Positions 1-11,000 of a DNA stretch of 64,000 nt are shown here, piece by piece; the stretch's first letter is position 1; every line of letters starts with the position of its first letter. Under the pieces are notes generated by a model. It did no database searches. It was not told where the DNA came from and saw nothing but the letters and a program-made list of their open reading frames with translations. Source of the DNA: Macrostomum hystrix. Its lineage: Eukaryota > Animalia > Platyhelminthes. Location of the stretch: assembly GCA_950097015.1 (NCBI GenBank), contig CATNEN010000028.1:496001-560000 (forward strand), read 5' to 3'. The translations under genes were made by a program, and so were the position numbers.

Positions 1-468
1 TTGACAGACGGATAAGGATTGGCTGGTGGGGCGACTGCGTACATTGACAGACGGATAAGGATTGGCTGGTGGGGCGACTGCGTACATTGACAGACGGATA
101 AGGATTGGTTGGTGGGGCGACTGCGTACATTGATAATCGGATAAGGATTGGCTGGTGGGGCGACTGCGTACATTGACAGCCGGATAAGGGTTGGCTGGTG
201 GGGCGACTGCGTACATTGACAGACGGATAAGGATTGGCTGGTGGGGCGACTGCGTACATTGACAGACGGATAAGGATTGGTTGGTGGGGCGACTGCGTAC
301 ATTGATAATCGGATAAGGATTGGCTGGTGGGGCGACTGCGTACATTGACAGCCGGATAAGGGTTGGCTGGTGGGGCGACTGTGTACATTGACAGCCGGAT
401 AAGGGTTGGCTGGTGGGGCGACTGCGTACATTGACAGACGGATAAGGATTGGCTGGTGGGGCGACTGT
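1..468. repeat. 43-bp minisatellite (TTGACAGACGGATAAGGATTGGCTGGTGGGGCGACTGCGTACA), ~11 copies, runs off the window start; lies in intron 1 of the minus-strand gene whose exon is 499-795
   Basis: Direct 43-bp periodicity, no spacers; begins ~30 nt inside the GTGAGT donor at 498. Confidence 0.95.
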
Positions 469-498
469 GCCCATTAAAGTGTCAGGCTTTGCACTCAC

Positions 499-795
499 CA
501 CCAGGCGCTGCTGAGCCAGTCGAGTGAGCTCAGTCTGAGTCTCCAGGTATCGTCGGCAGTCCGTGGCGGCGGCTTCCAATTCTCGCTGTTGCTGTTGCAC
601 CAGACGGGTTAAAAAATTGCGCCAGCAGTTCAGCTCCGCTACCGAACCGGCACTGTCATTGTCAACGGCAGTCTTCGAGACAGTCTTGTTGCCATAGCGA
701 TACGAGTGCTCATCTAGCAGGCCCTCATCGTCATCTTGTGCGATGACCAAATAGTCTTCTTCATCAGATGCTGATATTAAAGATCTGGCAGCCAT
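499..795 (-). CDS. First coding exon (99 codons) of a gene continuing off the window; acidic N-terminus then coiled coil, possibly URI1/prefoldin-alpha-like
   Basis: ATG at 795 (TTGTTAG-CGGC-ATG) opens MAARSLISASDEEDYLVIAQDDDEG...QQQQRELEAAATDCRRYLETQTELTRLAQQRLV and ends at a phase-0 GTGAGT donor (498). GC-rich like other exons. Resemblance to the URI N-terminal helix is weak and from memory. Confidence 0.65.
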
Positions 796-952
796 GCCGC
801 TAACAATTTTTGCACCGTTTCGCTCAATATTCCAATATACTAAAAATGAAAACTATCTATATTTAACTCAAGATCTGCTAGTGCAGCTGCAATTTGAGGA
901 TGAGGCTGAAAATTCAGACAGAAATTATTCATTAGGAGAAACTGGACCTCGA

Positions 953-2308
953 TCTGATAAACACACCTTGACTTCGGCACCTGAAACTGCCCCAACACAA
1001 TCTGATAAACACACCTTGACTTCGGCACCTGAAACTGCCCCAACACAATCTGATAAACACACCTTGACTTCGGCACCTGAAACTGTCCCAACACAATCTG
1101 ATAAACACAACTTGACTTCGGCACCTGAAACTGCCCCAACACAATCTGATAAACACACCTTGACTTCGGCACCTGAAACTGTCCCAACACAATCTGATAA
1201 ACACAACTTGACTTCGGCACCTGAAACTGCCCCAACACAATCTGATAAACACACCTTGACTTCGGCACCTGAAACTGCACCAACACAATCTGATAAACAC
1301 AACTTGACTTCGGCACCTGAAACTGCCCCAACACAATCTGATAAACACACCTTGACTTCGGCACCTGAAACTGCACCAACACAATCTGATAAACACAACT
1401 TGACTTCGGCACCTGAAACTGCACCAACACAATCTGATAAACACACCTTGACTTCGGCACCTGAAACTGCACCAACACAATCTGATAAACACAACTTGAC
1501 TTCGGCACCTGAAACTGCACCAACACAATCTGATAAACACAACTTGACTTCGGCACCTGAAACTGCCCCAACACAATCTGATAAACACACCTTGACTTCG
1601 GCACCTGAAACTGCCCCAACACAATCTGATAAACACACCTTGACTTCGGCACCTGAAACTGCACCAACACAATCTGATAAACACACCTTGACTTCGGCAC
1701 CTGAAACTGCACCAACACAATCTGATAAACACACCTTGACTTCGGCACCTGAAACTGCCCAACACAATCTGATAAACACACCTTGACTTCGGCACCTGAA
1801 ACTGCCCCAACACAATCTGATAAACACACCTTGACTTCGGCACCTGAAACTGTCCCAACACAATCTGATAAACACAACTTGACTTCGGCACCTGAAACTG
1901 CCCCAACACAATCTGATAAACACACCTTGACTTCGGCACCTGAAACTGCACCAACACAATCTGATAAACACAACTTGACTTCGGCACCTGAAACTGCACC
2001 AACACAATCTGATAAACACACCTTGACTTCGGCACCTGAAACTGCACCAACACAATCTGATAAACACACATTGACTTCGGCACCTGAAACTGCCCCAACA
2101 CAATCTGATAAACACACATTGACTTCGGCACCTGAAACTGCACCAACACAATCTGATAAACACACATTGACTTCGGCACCTGAAACTGCCCCAACACAAT
2201 CTGATAAACACACATTGACTTCGGCACCTGAAACTGCCCCAACACAATCTGATAAACACACATTGACTTCGGCACCTGAAACTGCACCAACACAATCTGA
2301 TAAACACT
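953..2308. repeat. 48-bp minisatellite (TCTGATAAACACACCTTGACTTCGGCACCTGAAACTGCCCCAACACAA), ~28 copies
   Basis: 48-bp periodicity with a 1-bp deletion near 1760; explains the SAPETAPTQSDKHTLT-type ORFs on both strands. Confidence 0.95.
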
Positions 2309-3147
2309 TATTTTACTAGGCAATCTAAAATAAAATAACACAGAAAGCTGTTAAGAAATTTCAGTGCTTAAAACAAATTCCATTTTTTTCAATTAAACAA
2401 AGAACAGCTTGCCCGTTAAACAGAAATGAATGTCGACTGTGCAAGGAGAATAGAAAAAATAAATTTGAATATAAAATAATATTAGGGAAGTTACAAAAAG
2501 CAAGGTGCTTAGAAGAATATGAAATCAGGGGACTTCGCGAGGCGATATATGAACACAATGTCAGACACCATAGTAAGTGAGCAATTTAAATGCCATTTCT
2601 ATAATTATATTTTATAAACTAATTCAAACTAAGGTAGTGAGAACGCTTCTTTTGCTGATTTAGTCAGTTTTTAAGATGAAGAAATTATGACAATGATGAA
2701 ATTGACAAACAAAAAGTTCAATATTTAACAATGCGACTTAACCAAGTGGCCAATATGAAACAATAGGCACAGTATGTCAGACTGAATAAACCGAAATGAA
2801 TAATAATGACTCGTCACTGGGATAAAACTGTAAGAATTTAAATACACTTGCAGTCCAGACTTTGTCGGCGATTAAGAAAACGGAATTTAGAATGCGAAAA
2901 AGACGAGAAACTTACAATGGCCTTAAACATCAAATTATGGGGGATGTCATTCTTCTGTCTTTACAATGCAAGCCAGTCGAGATATAAACGCGCATTACTC
3001 GCTACTAACTGGGACAAAATCGATGAGTAGCGAGTAGAGCGCATGAAAAGACAAAATGACAAACAAAAAAGTGATTAAATATTCAAATGAAACTTAAATA
3101 ATAGCTTTTTTTTACATTTTTCAAAAACTGAATTGTGTATCTCGGCT

Positions 3148-6100
3148 TTAGCAACCAAGAGCGTCGTCATTAACGCCGTTCTTAGCGACCACCGGGCGCG
3201 CCAACGCTGACTCGAATAGTCGAGTGCCGCTGAAGCCGACTTCCAATTCGGCCGGCTCCGTTGAATTGGCGACAGCGGCTTCCATTGAGGCTGCCGTTGC
3301 TCGGCGAAGCGGGCCGCCAACAGCTCCGCTGCCGCCGACGACAGCCGCAGATGCGGCATCTTCGGCGCCGGGCGGCAAGTCAAACGCCGCGTCCACAACA
3401 GAGTAGGGTGTGAGGCCGAGCTGCATCAGCTGAGCTTTGGCGGGCTCGAGCTCGCGACCCTCAATCAGTAGGTGCTGATCGTAGGGCGCCACCCCGTAGG
3501 CTTCCATGAGGAGAAGCTTCAAATCTTGGACAGTGGCATCCGACGCGACGTCAAAGCGACGATCTGTTGGTTTGCGACGAATTCGTGCGGAGCGCCAAGG
3601 CTGCTGCTGCTGGTGCTGGTGCTCACCCTTTGCACACTTCGCCGGCGGCGACTTTATTTCATCATTAATGTCATCATTCTTATTAGAATCTGCGTCACCG
3701 GAGTCGGCGGCAGCGGCTGACTCCGACGTCGACGATGCTGACGCAGCAGCGGCGCGTTTCCGACTACCGCCGACGCTTGACCGGGTGCCAAAGGCGGCCC
3801 CGACTAGCCTGGCAGACGAGCTATCATCGGCAACTCGAACGTAGATGGTCATCTTGAAGACGTTGTCTGCGCCGGCAGTTGCCGGCGCGGCAGCGGCGTC
3901 GTCATTGTCAGCGTCGGTGGTGGAGGCCCCGCTGCCGTTGTTGCAGCACTCTTTGCAGACATCCGGCTGGCAGGTGTCGTCCTCTAGGCGATAGATTTCA
4001 ACGCCGTCGCTCTTGTAGGCCTCAACCAGGGCCAGCCATTCGCTGGGTGCCAACGCCACTAAGCCGGAGTCCACGGAGTCTGGCCGGCATTGAAGTCCGC
4101 CGTGCTGGCACAGGTGATGAGAGTTCGGCACAGGACCTTCCGGCGGCTCAGCTAACGGAGTAGTTGTCGACTCCTCCTCGGCGGCGGAAGCGGCAGCCGC
4201 TGATGCCACAAAGCGACGCCAGAGAGCAAGAAAGTCGACGTCTGCATAGTAGATCCTGCCGCCGCAGTCGGTAACGCTTAACTGTCGGTGAGGGCCGCCT
4301 CCGCCAGGCCGGTGCCGTTTGAGATGGGCGGACAGGTGAAACAGGGCGTCGGATTCGGCCTTGGCCCGGCTCGCCAGGCGACTCCGCTGCTCCGAGCAAG
4401 TCGGGCAGGGCTGGGCATCGTGCCAGTAGGTCGGGCAGCCAGGAAAATAGGCGGCCAAGCGCTGCCAGACCTCCTCGTTAAGGAGGCGCCGGCGGCCGGT
4501 TTCGCAGCAGAGATTGCCATGCTGGCAGAGCAGGTCTTCGTTAAAGGCGAAATTGACAGTCGAAACGGCGGTAGCGCCGTTGGAGAGAGAAGATTGTACC
4601 AAATTACTGCCAGATAATTGGCCGCCTGCTTTTTTAAATGCAAGTTAAGTAAAGTAAAAGACAATAATAAATTTAGTATTTTATAACTGCCCCTGAGAAT
4701 TGAGTGGCAGAGCGGTTCAACCCGTTCGCCTTTCGCACAAATGTCCCTGAGCTTGATTCTTTTGACGCGCAGCCGCGAAGAGAAGGCTTGGGGGCTCGTC
4801 GTACAATTTACGCCATTGAGGGCCAACCTCCAAGGCACAGTGAGAGTACACTGCCTGACGATGAGAAAGTCAAGTCAGATGTACACACCCGTGTTCGTGT
4901 GTGCTCAGGAGTCAGCAGAATGGACAGAATTGCCTCTCCAGTTGTTCTACCTGTCCCCAATCGGGTCAGATGTGCAGTCGACAGCACAGCCGAAGCTATT
5001 GCGCGGCGCATTTGAAGGCTACATATGGCTTTTCATTCCATGAACTCCGGTCCATGGATGACAAGTGTCTTGCTAAATGGCGAAAATTGTTCCAATGGAG
5101 TCAAGAATCGAACCTCCGACCGTGAAATCGTTAGTCCGACGTTTTAAACACATGGCAACAACCCTTTCTACATGCTTCCACATTAAAAAAGGCTTAGCAA
5201 GATAAGATTACTTATTTCCATAAACAGTTTGTTAACGAGTCTACGAGTTGTAAAATGTCTTTGTTACAGACACATATTTAGGGGGTCGATGGCAGAGCGG
5301 TTATCGCGTTTGCCTCTCGCACCAAGGTCCCCATGTTCGATTCCGCGGCGAGGCCACATTTATTTGGGGCGCAGCCGCGGAGAGAAAGCTTGGGGAGCTT
5401 GTCGTGCAATCTACACCCCTAAGGGCCAACCTCCAAGGCACAGTGAGAGTGTACACTGCCTGACGATGAGAAAGTCAGGGCAGATGTACACACCTGTGTG
5501 AGTGTGTGCCTGAGTACAGTATCTGTATATCTGAGCGCGTGTGCTCAGTAGTCAGCGGAATGGACAGAATTGCTCGTCGCTTGCTGCAGGTTTAGAGTCA
5601 CCAAATAATGTGCCATTGCCCGCAGCCCTCCAGAAAACATATTTGCCACTCACTTGACGAAACTCCGTCTGTTGGCAACGTTGAGCCGTCATCAATATTA
5701 GTGTTGTCATCTTCGCCTGCGGCTGAGATAGAATCGGATCGAGTTGGAATCGAGGTTGGACCAGAAGTGGACTCGGAATACTCCTGCTGCTGCTGCTGCT
5801 GCTGCTGGTGTTGCTGGTGTTGCTGCTGCAGCTGCTGGCGGGCGATGTTCTTCCAAGAGCGCAAAGATTTTGTGCCAACCCAGGCCGAACGAGTGCTGGA
5901 ATCTTGGCCAGCCTGCTTTTAGAGAGATGAGTAGAGAGGGTAGACAATAGCTGTGTTACCTGTTAGACAATGGTAGTGTCTAGTTAGACAATGGTAGTGT
6001 CTAGTTAGACAATGGTAGCGTCTAGTTAGACAATGGTAGCGTCTAGTTAGACTATGGTAGTGTCTAACTGTTAGACGATGGTAGTGTCTACCTGTTAGAC

Positions 6101-9100
6101 AATGGTAGTGTCTAACTGTTAGTCAATGGTAGTGTCTACCTGTTAGACAATGGTAGTGTCTAGTTAGACAATGGTAGTGTCTAGTTAGACAATGGTAGCG
6201 TCTAGTTAGACAATGGTAGCGTCTAGTTAGACAATGGTAGTGTCTACCTGTTAGACAAGGGCAGTAGTGTCTACCTGTTTGTCTAGGTAACCTAGTTACC
6301 CTAAGTAAAAGCCTTAAATCATAGGGGATTCGAACTAAGGACCCCCGAAGAGTACGAAAAATCCAATCCGAAAATTACCGCATGATGATATTCGGGCCTC
6401 TTCTTAGCCGCCTTATCAATGATCTTGGCGTCGGCAGTCAGTCTGGCATCCAATCGAATCCTGGCACATCGCTGACGCACGCAGGCCAGGCAGAGAGCGG
6501 ATTCGCCAGCTAAGAATGGCGCCGGAACAGGCGTCACAATCGAGTCAATTGAGGCAACATCGTCTTCTCTGTCCTTATCGTCAGTGGGTGCGGACGCGTT
6601 GTTATTAGTGACGTCATTACTAGCGACAGTTGGGACAGACAAGAAGTCGAACATTTCCCTGCTGACAGCTTTGATGTGGGGCCCAACGCTGTCCGGCAAT
6701 AGGCAGCTGTGCGGACACAAGTACTGAGTGTAGGAGCAAGATTCCAGGCTGCGCTGAAAGTAGGTGGCAGAGTCGCTGGATTCGCCCAGATCGCTGGCCG
6801 CGCTGTTGAAGATGGTCTGCGAAATCACGGGTTTGATTGATTGATAGGTTGATTGATTTCGATGCTCCGAAAGCAGATAACCGATCCTAAAGTGGATCGC
6901 CGATCTTAACGCGGATCGTATGATATCCTAAATTGCATCGCCAGTATCCTAAATAGGATCGTATGATATCCTAAATGGGATCGTATGATATCCTAAATGG
7001 GATCGTATGATATCCTAAATGGGATCGTATGATATCCTAAATGGGATCGTATGATATCCTAAATGGGATCGTATGATATCCTAAATGGGATCGTATGATA
7101 TCCTAAATGGGATCGTATGATATCCAAACCCTGTAAAAAATTCGGCTGCTTCTTCGGCGGGTTTTTTGTGCAAAATAGGAGTGGAAACTACCAAAATCCC
7201 CCCTATCTCGCAAGAGTTAAAGAAACCACCCAGGAAGCAGCCGATGTAACCGTAAATTGTGCGGAAACCGCCGAAGAATCACCCGAACCAGTGGCCCATG
7301 GGACAACTAGAGAATTATTTACGGGCGATTCCTCGGCGGTTTCTGAGCATGGAATCTTCCGAACTGGAGGATTTTTTGGGTGATTCCATTTCGCCACCAA
7401 GAAGCACCGAGAAAACGCCCAGTCGGGTAGATTCTAAGCATGGAATCATCCGATTGGTATGTTTCCAGCGTTCAGCTGTTTCTTTTTCTGGAAACACCGC
7501 AGATTCCAACTGGAATCAGCCAAAGAAACATCCCTATATTTAGCGGGAAATGGGATCGTATGTTATCCTAAATTGGGTCCTATGATATAAAGTGGATTGT
7601 TCCTAAAGTTCCCCTAGACAATGGGAACAATAAACCTGTTATGACAATGGAAAGAACTAAAAAACAATGCCAAAAGGAATAATCCAGGTGTTAAACAGAC
7701 AGCCAGAGCTCACCTGCAGCCAAGTGGAAGGCACAAAAGCGTGACAATCAACCCGCTGCAGATGCGGCAATATCCGGCTAGCCAATCCGCCGAGGAAGTC
7801 GCGATGTCGACGCTCTCGACGAGCCTCGGCGCTAATCAGCCTAGCCCTGGCGGCGTTCTCAGCCAGAACCTGGTTGGCTAAGCCGGCTGGCACACTGGCC
7901 AGACTGGGCGGACTAGACCGATGCGATTCGAACACGCTGCGCCTCTCGTAGACTAGAATGTAGGCATTCTGAGACAGGTGCCAGTCTTTACCAGGCAGGC
8001 CGACTGATGCCTTCTCAGTCAGGCGGCTAGCTGAATAGCCCATAGACTGTTCCAGTTTTTCCTCCTGACGCTTTAATAGTTTGTGCTTCACCCGATAGAC
8101 TTGACTGTCGTTGCAGACTATCCAGCCGCGTGTGTAGTCGCGTACTAGAGCCACATAGTGACCGCCAGTAGCCTGATCAGCACATGCGAGCAGTTTATGG
8201 CGAGAAGTTAATCTGTTGTTGTGTTTCGTTTTAAAGAGAAAAATGGAAGAAAAGGAAAGAGAAGAGAACGAAGGGTGAGGGAAGGAGAGAGAGAAAGTAG
8301 GGAGGGATTAGAGAGAAGAGAAGGGAGAAAGGGGGGAGAAGGAAGAAAGGAGAGAAGGGAGAGAGTGGAGAAGAGAGAGTAGAGAAGGGAGAGAATAGAG
8401 AAAGGAGATGAGAGAAGGGAGAGAGTAGAGAAGGGAGAGAGTAGAGAAGGGAGATGAGAGAAGAGAGAGAGTAGAGAAGGGAGAGAATAGAGAAAGGAGA
8501 TGAGAGAAGGGAGAGAGTAGAGAAGGGAGAGAGTAGAGAAGAGAGAATAGAGAAGGGAGAGAGCACAACAGCACATGCCCCGAAACCTCTAAAGATCAGA
8601 AGTATATTTATTATTATTTTGCGAAGCTGCGCGAAGCACATAATTTAAACAGATAACAATTAGCGACTCACCTGCGGTCCGATGTGAATGAGCACTGCCT
8701 TGAGAATGTATGGCTCGGAGCCGGGTAGAAACTCGGCCATATCAAGCAGCTCCGGATAGACAATGGGTAGCTTGACCTTCTTCTTGCGCAGAGTGCGCAT
8801 ATCGAAGTCGAATCGCATCAGCTGCAGGCAGAGCTCTTCTGGTAGGGACAGCAGTTCGACTCCAATGCTGGCGTCACTGGGCGCCTGGCACACTGGGCAG
8901 TTGTACTGATTCTCACCCGACAGATTCTGGTGAGAGAGGAACTCGCGAAGGCACTCTGTGAGCTGGGGACTGGTCAGGTTTAAGCACAATTCGTGAAAGC
9001 TCGACTCCTGCTCCGACTGATACTGGCAGGTCTGGCAGCGAGTGACGTATCTGCGAATTTGTAAATTTGTTTTATGGTTAACGGAACTTAAGTTCTAGTG

Positions 9101-10305
9101 AATTAATATATATATATAGATAGATAGTTTTGAATTTTAGTATAGGGATTTCATATTAGCGGAAGCTAAAATAACGAATTTCATATTAGCGGAAGCTGAA
9201 TCAACGAATTTCATATTAGCGGAAGCTGAATCAACGAATTTCATATTAGCGGAAGCTGAATTAACGAATTTCATATTAGCAGAAGCTGAGTTAAAGAATT
9301 TTATTTTAGCGGATGCTGAATTAACGAATTTTTAATAATCCGATGCTAAATTAGCGACTTTCCGACTAGCCGATGCTGCATTAACGAATTTCAGATTAGA
9401 GGATACTACATGAACAGAATTTAGATTTAACATCTTCGCTTTCAGATAAGAGTAGGTTGAATAAATGGATTATGAATTCAGAGGTTGAATTAACTGATTT
9501 TCCGATGAAAGAAGATAAAATAAACAAAATTAAATTAATTATTTATGAAAACTTTCAATCGACAGATTGATCGACAGCCAGTAAAAACTGAAAATAACTG
9601 ATGATAATTGGCTCATTACCTGTAAGATCCCGTGAAAGTCTTCATAACATTGTCGCCGCACTGGTCAAATCTTCGCTCCAAAAGCTGGCGGAATAGAACC
9701 CTGAACTCGCTGGCGTCCTGTTGAATTGACTTGTCCAAATTTAGCGCCTCAATAAATGCCAGCGGCTCGCAGACGGCGCCGTGCTGCAATTGCAGGCGAG
9801 CGAAGATGCTCTGCAGCTCCCTGATGATGGCGTCGTCCTCCGATGGCAGACGATAGACGGCCTGCACCAGCTCCGGACTGCGCAGGTAGAGCTGCAGCAG
9901 AGAGTTCAGATAGCAGGTGTTGCCGTAGTTAGTAAGGCCGATAGGGCCATCGTCGGACTGCGCAGCGTCGGCGGCCTCGTCAGCCGCGGCGTCGTCATTG
10001 TCGGCCTTGGCATTCACGCTTTCATTATCGGCGGACGAAGATGACGAAGATTTGGCAGCAGCGGCGGCTGCGGCTGCCAATGAGGTGGCGGCTTCGGCTG
10101 TCTCCGCAAATTTATCGGGTCCCAGGCCGTTGAGGCAACAAGGATTCTGGCGACAATTGGCTCGACATGCTCCAAGCGGACAGGTCTCCAGCAGCAGGTT
10201 GTAGGCCTTCATCAGCTGGTGGTCGGTGATGCTGTCTGGCTCGGTCTTTTCTGTCCAAGACCAGCGCTCGTCTAGAGTTTTTGCTTTTGATTTAGCGCCG
10301 GCCAT
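3148..10305 (-). CDS. USP48: Ubiquitin carboxyl-terminal hydrolase 48 (USP48), 6 exons, ~1232 aa
   Basis: Exons 10305-9620, 9050-8672, 8172-7714, 6816-6379, 5912-5654, 4625-3148; all GT-AG and phase-compatible (3699 nt). USP48-type N-terminus (WSWTEK...CRANCRQNPCCLNGLG), Cys box GLTNYGNTCY, QDASEF, His box GGHY...CNDSQV, DUSP segments (LCPH, WVGTKSLRSW, LCQHG), C-terminal Ubl (DATVQDLKLLLMEAYGVAPYDQHL) and EVGFSGTRL tail. Confidence 0.93.
4700..4940 (+). mobile_element. tRNA-derived SINE family 1, diverged 3'-incomplete copy in USP48 intron 5
   Basis: A-box TGGCAGAGCGG, shared body CAGCCGCGAAGAGAAGGCTTGGGGG...CTGCCTGACGATGAGAAAGTCA. Confidence 0.8.
4985..5160 (-). mobile_element. tRNA-derived SINE family 2 copy
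   Basis: Minus strand has a tRNA-like head with B-box GGTTCGATTC; its 3' end (ACAGCCGAAGCTATTGCGCGGCGCAT on +) recurs at ~33992. Confidence 0.65.
5280..5636 (+). mobile_element. tRNA-derived SINE family 1, full-length copy with 8-bp TSD
   Basis: A-box TGGCAGAGCGG, B-box TGTTCGATTCC; TSD ACATATTT at 5272-5279 and 5637-5644. Confidence 0.88.
5950..6275. repeat. ~21-25-bp minisatellite (AGTTAGACAATGGTAGTGTCT) in USP48 intron 4
   Basis: Direct periodicity. Confidence 0.9.
6890..7600. repeat. 22-bp minisatellite (AAATGGGATCGTATGATATCCT) in USP48 intron 3, interrupted by a 419-bp insertion
   Basis: Units at 6890-7128 resume at 7548. Confidence 0.9.
7129..7547. mobile_element. Putative non-autonomous DNA transposon with CCC...GGG termini (CMC/EnSpm-like?)
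   Basis: Splits one minisatellite unit; flanked by AAA on both sides; ends CCCTGTAAAAAA and TATTTAGCGGG (weak TIR); internal CATGGAATC/GATTCCA motifs in both orientations. Confidence 0.5.
8235..8562. repeat. Polypurine (A/G) degenerate repeat in USP48 intron 2
   Basis: Almost pure AG tract, ~18-20-bp units AGAGTAGAGAAGGGAGAG. Confidence 0.9.
9148..9420. repeat. 30-bp minisatellite (AATTTCATATTAGCGGAAGCTGAATCAACG), ~9 copies, USP48 intron 1
   Basis: Direct periodicity decaying to the right. Confidence 0.88.
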
Positions 10306-10484
10306 GCCGCCCGCGGCTGCAGAGTGTCAGTTTGATTTCATTTTAGCTACATTCAATAATTGCAGGTGCTTTACTAGGGACATAGGCACTCTTTTGTGCC
10401 TTTGTGTCTTTCATTGTTTTATTGCCCCACCGTAAACTTTTTATTTCTGTTGCCTCACTCCAAATATTTCTTTCCCTTCAGTAG

Positions 10485-10630
10485 CCCCACCCCAAATCTT
10501 TCTATCCCTCTAGATGCCCCACCCCAAATCTTTCTATCCCTCTAGTTGCCCCACCCCAAATCTTTCTATCCCTCTAGTTGCCCCACCCCAAATCTTTCTA
10601 TCCCTCTAGTTGCCCCACCTCATATCTTTC
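10485..10630. repeat. 32-bp minisatellite (TCTATCCCTCTAGTTGCCCCACCCCAAATCTT), ~4 copies, between NSRP1 and USP48
   Basis: Same unit family as 11788-12500. Confidence 0.85.
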
Positions 10631-11000
10631 TATCCCTCTAGTATCCCTATGGACTTTCTATCTCTCCGATTGCTCCACCCAAATCATTCTATCCATTTAG
10701 CTTTCCCACCATCTTTCTGTCCCTCAATTTGCTCCAAAGTTTCTCCCCCTGATTGCCACAACAAGCCATCAATAGTATTTGTATATCTTTCCAGTAGCTT
10801 AACACACCAAAATTAGATTTTAATATTCTACCCACCCATACACTTTACTACACTTCACTACATTACACTTTAAAATTAAATTAAGAGTAACATTATTTTT
10901 ACAACAGATTGGCAGTCACTATTATTGTAAGCAGTTTGAAAAAATGCATAAAATTTACACATACATTATAGACACTAAAAAAGGTACACAAATAAATTAA

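Noticed and set aside
794-2341. Long ORFs on both strands (SAPETAPTQSDKHTLT mucin-like and reverse frames)
   Set aside because: Read-through of a 48-bp unit that lacks stops; broken by a 1-bp deletion, overlaps a real antisense exon, and has no signal peptide or splice support
5281-5355. SINE heads as genuine tRNA genes
   Set aside because: No closing acceptor stem, degenerate B-boxes (often GAGCTCGATTCC), and they continue into a shared non-tRNA body with TSDs
5455-5490. CTGACGA-TGA-GAAA in the SINE as a minimal hammerhead ribozyme
   Set aside because: Stem II would be 1 bp with a 1-nt loop, there is no palindromic or hairpin stem III with a UH site before stem I, and the bases pair better as a simple hairpin
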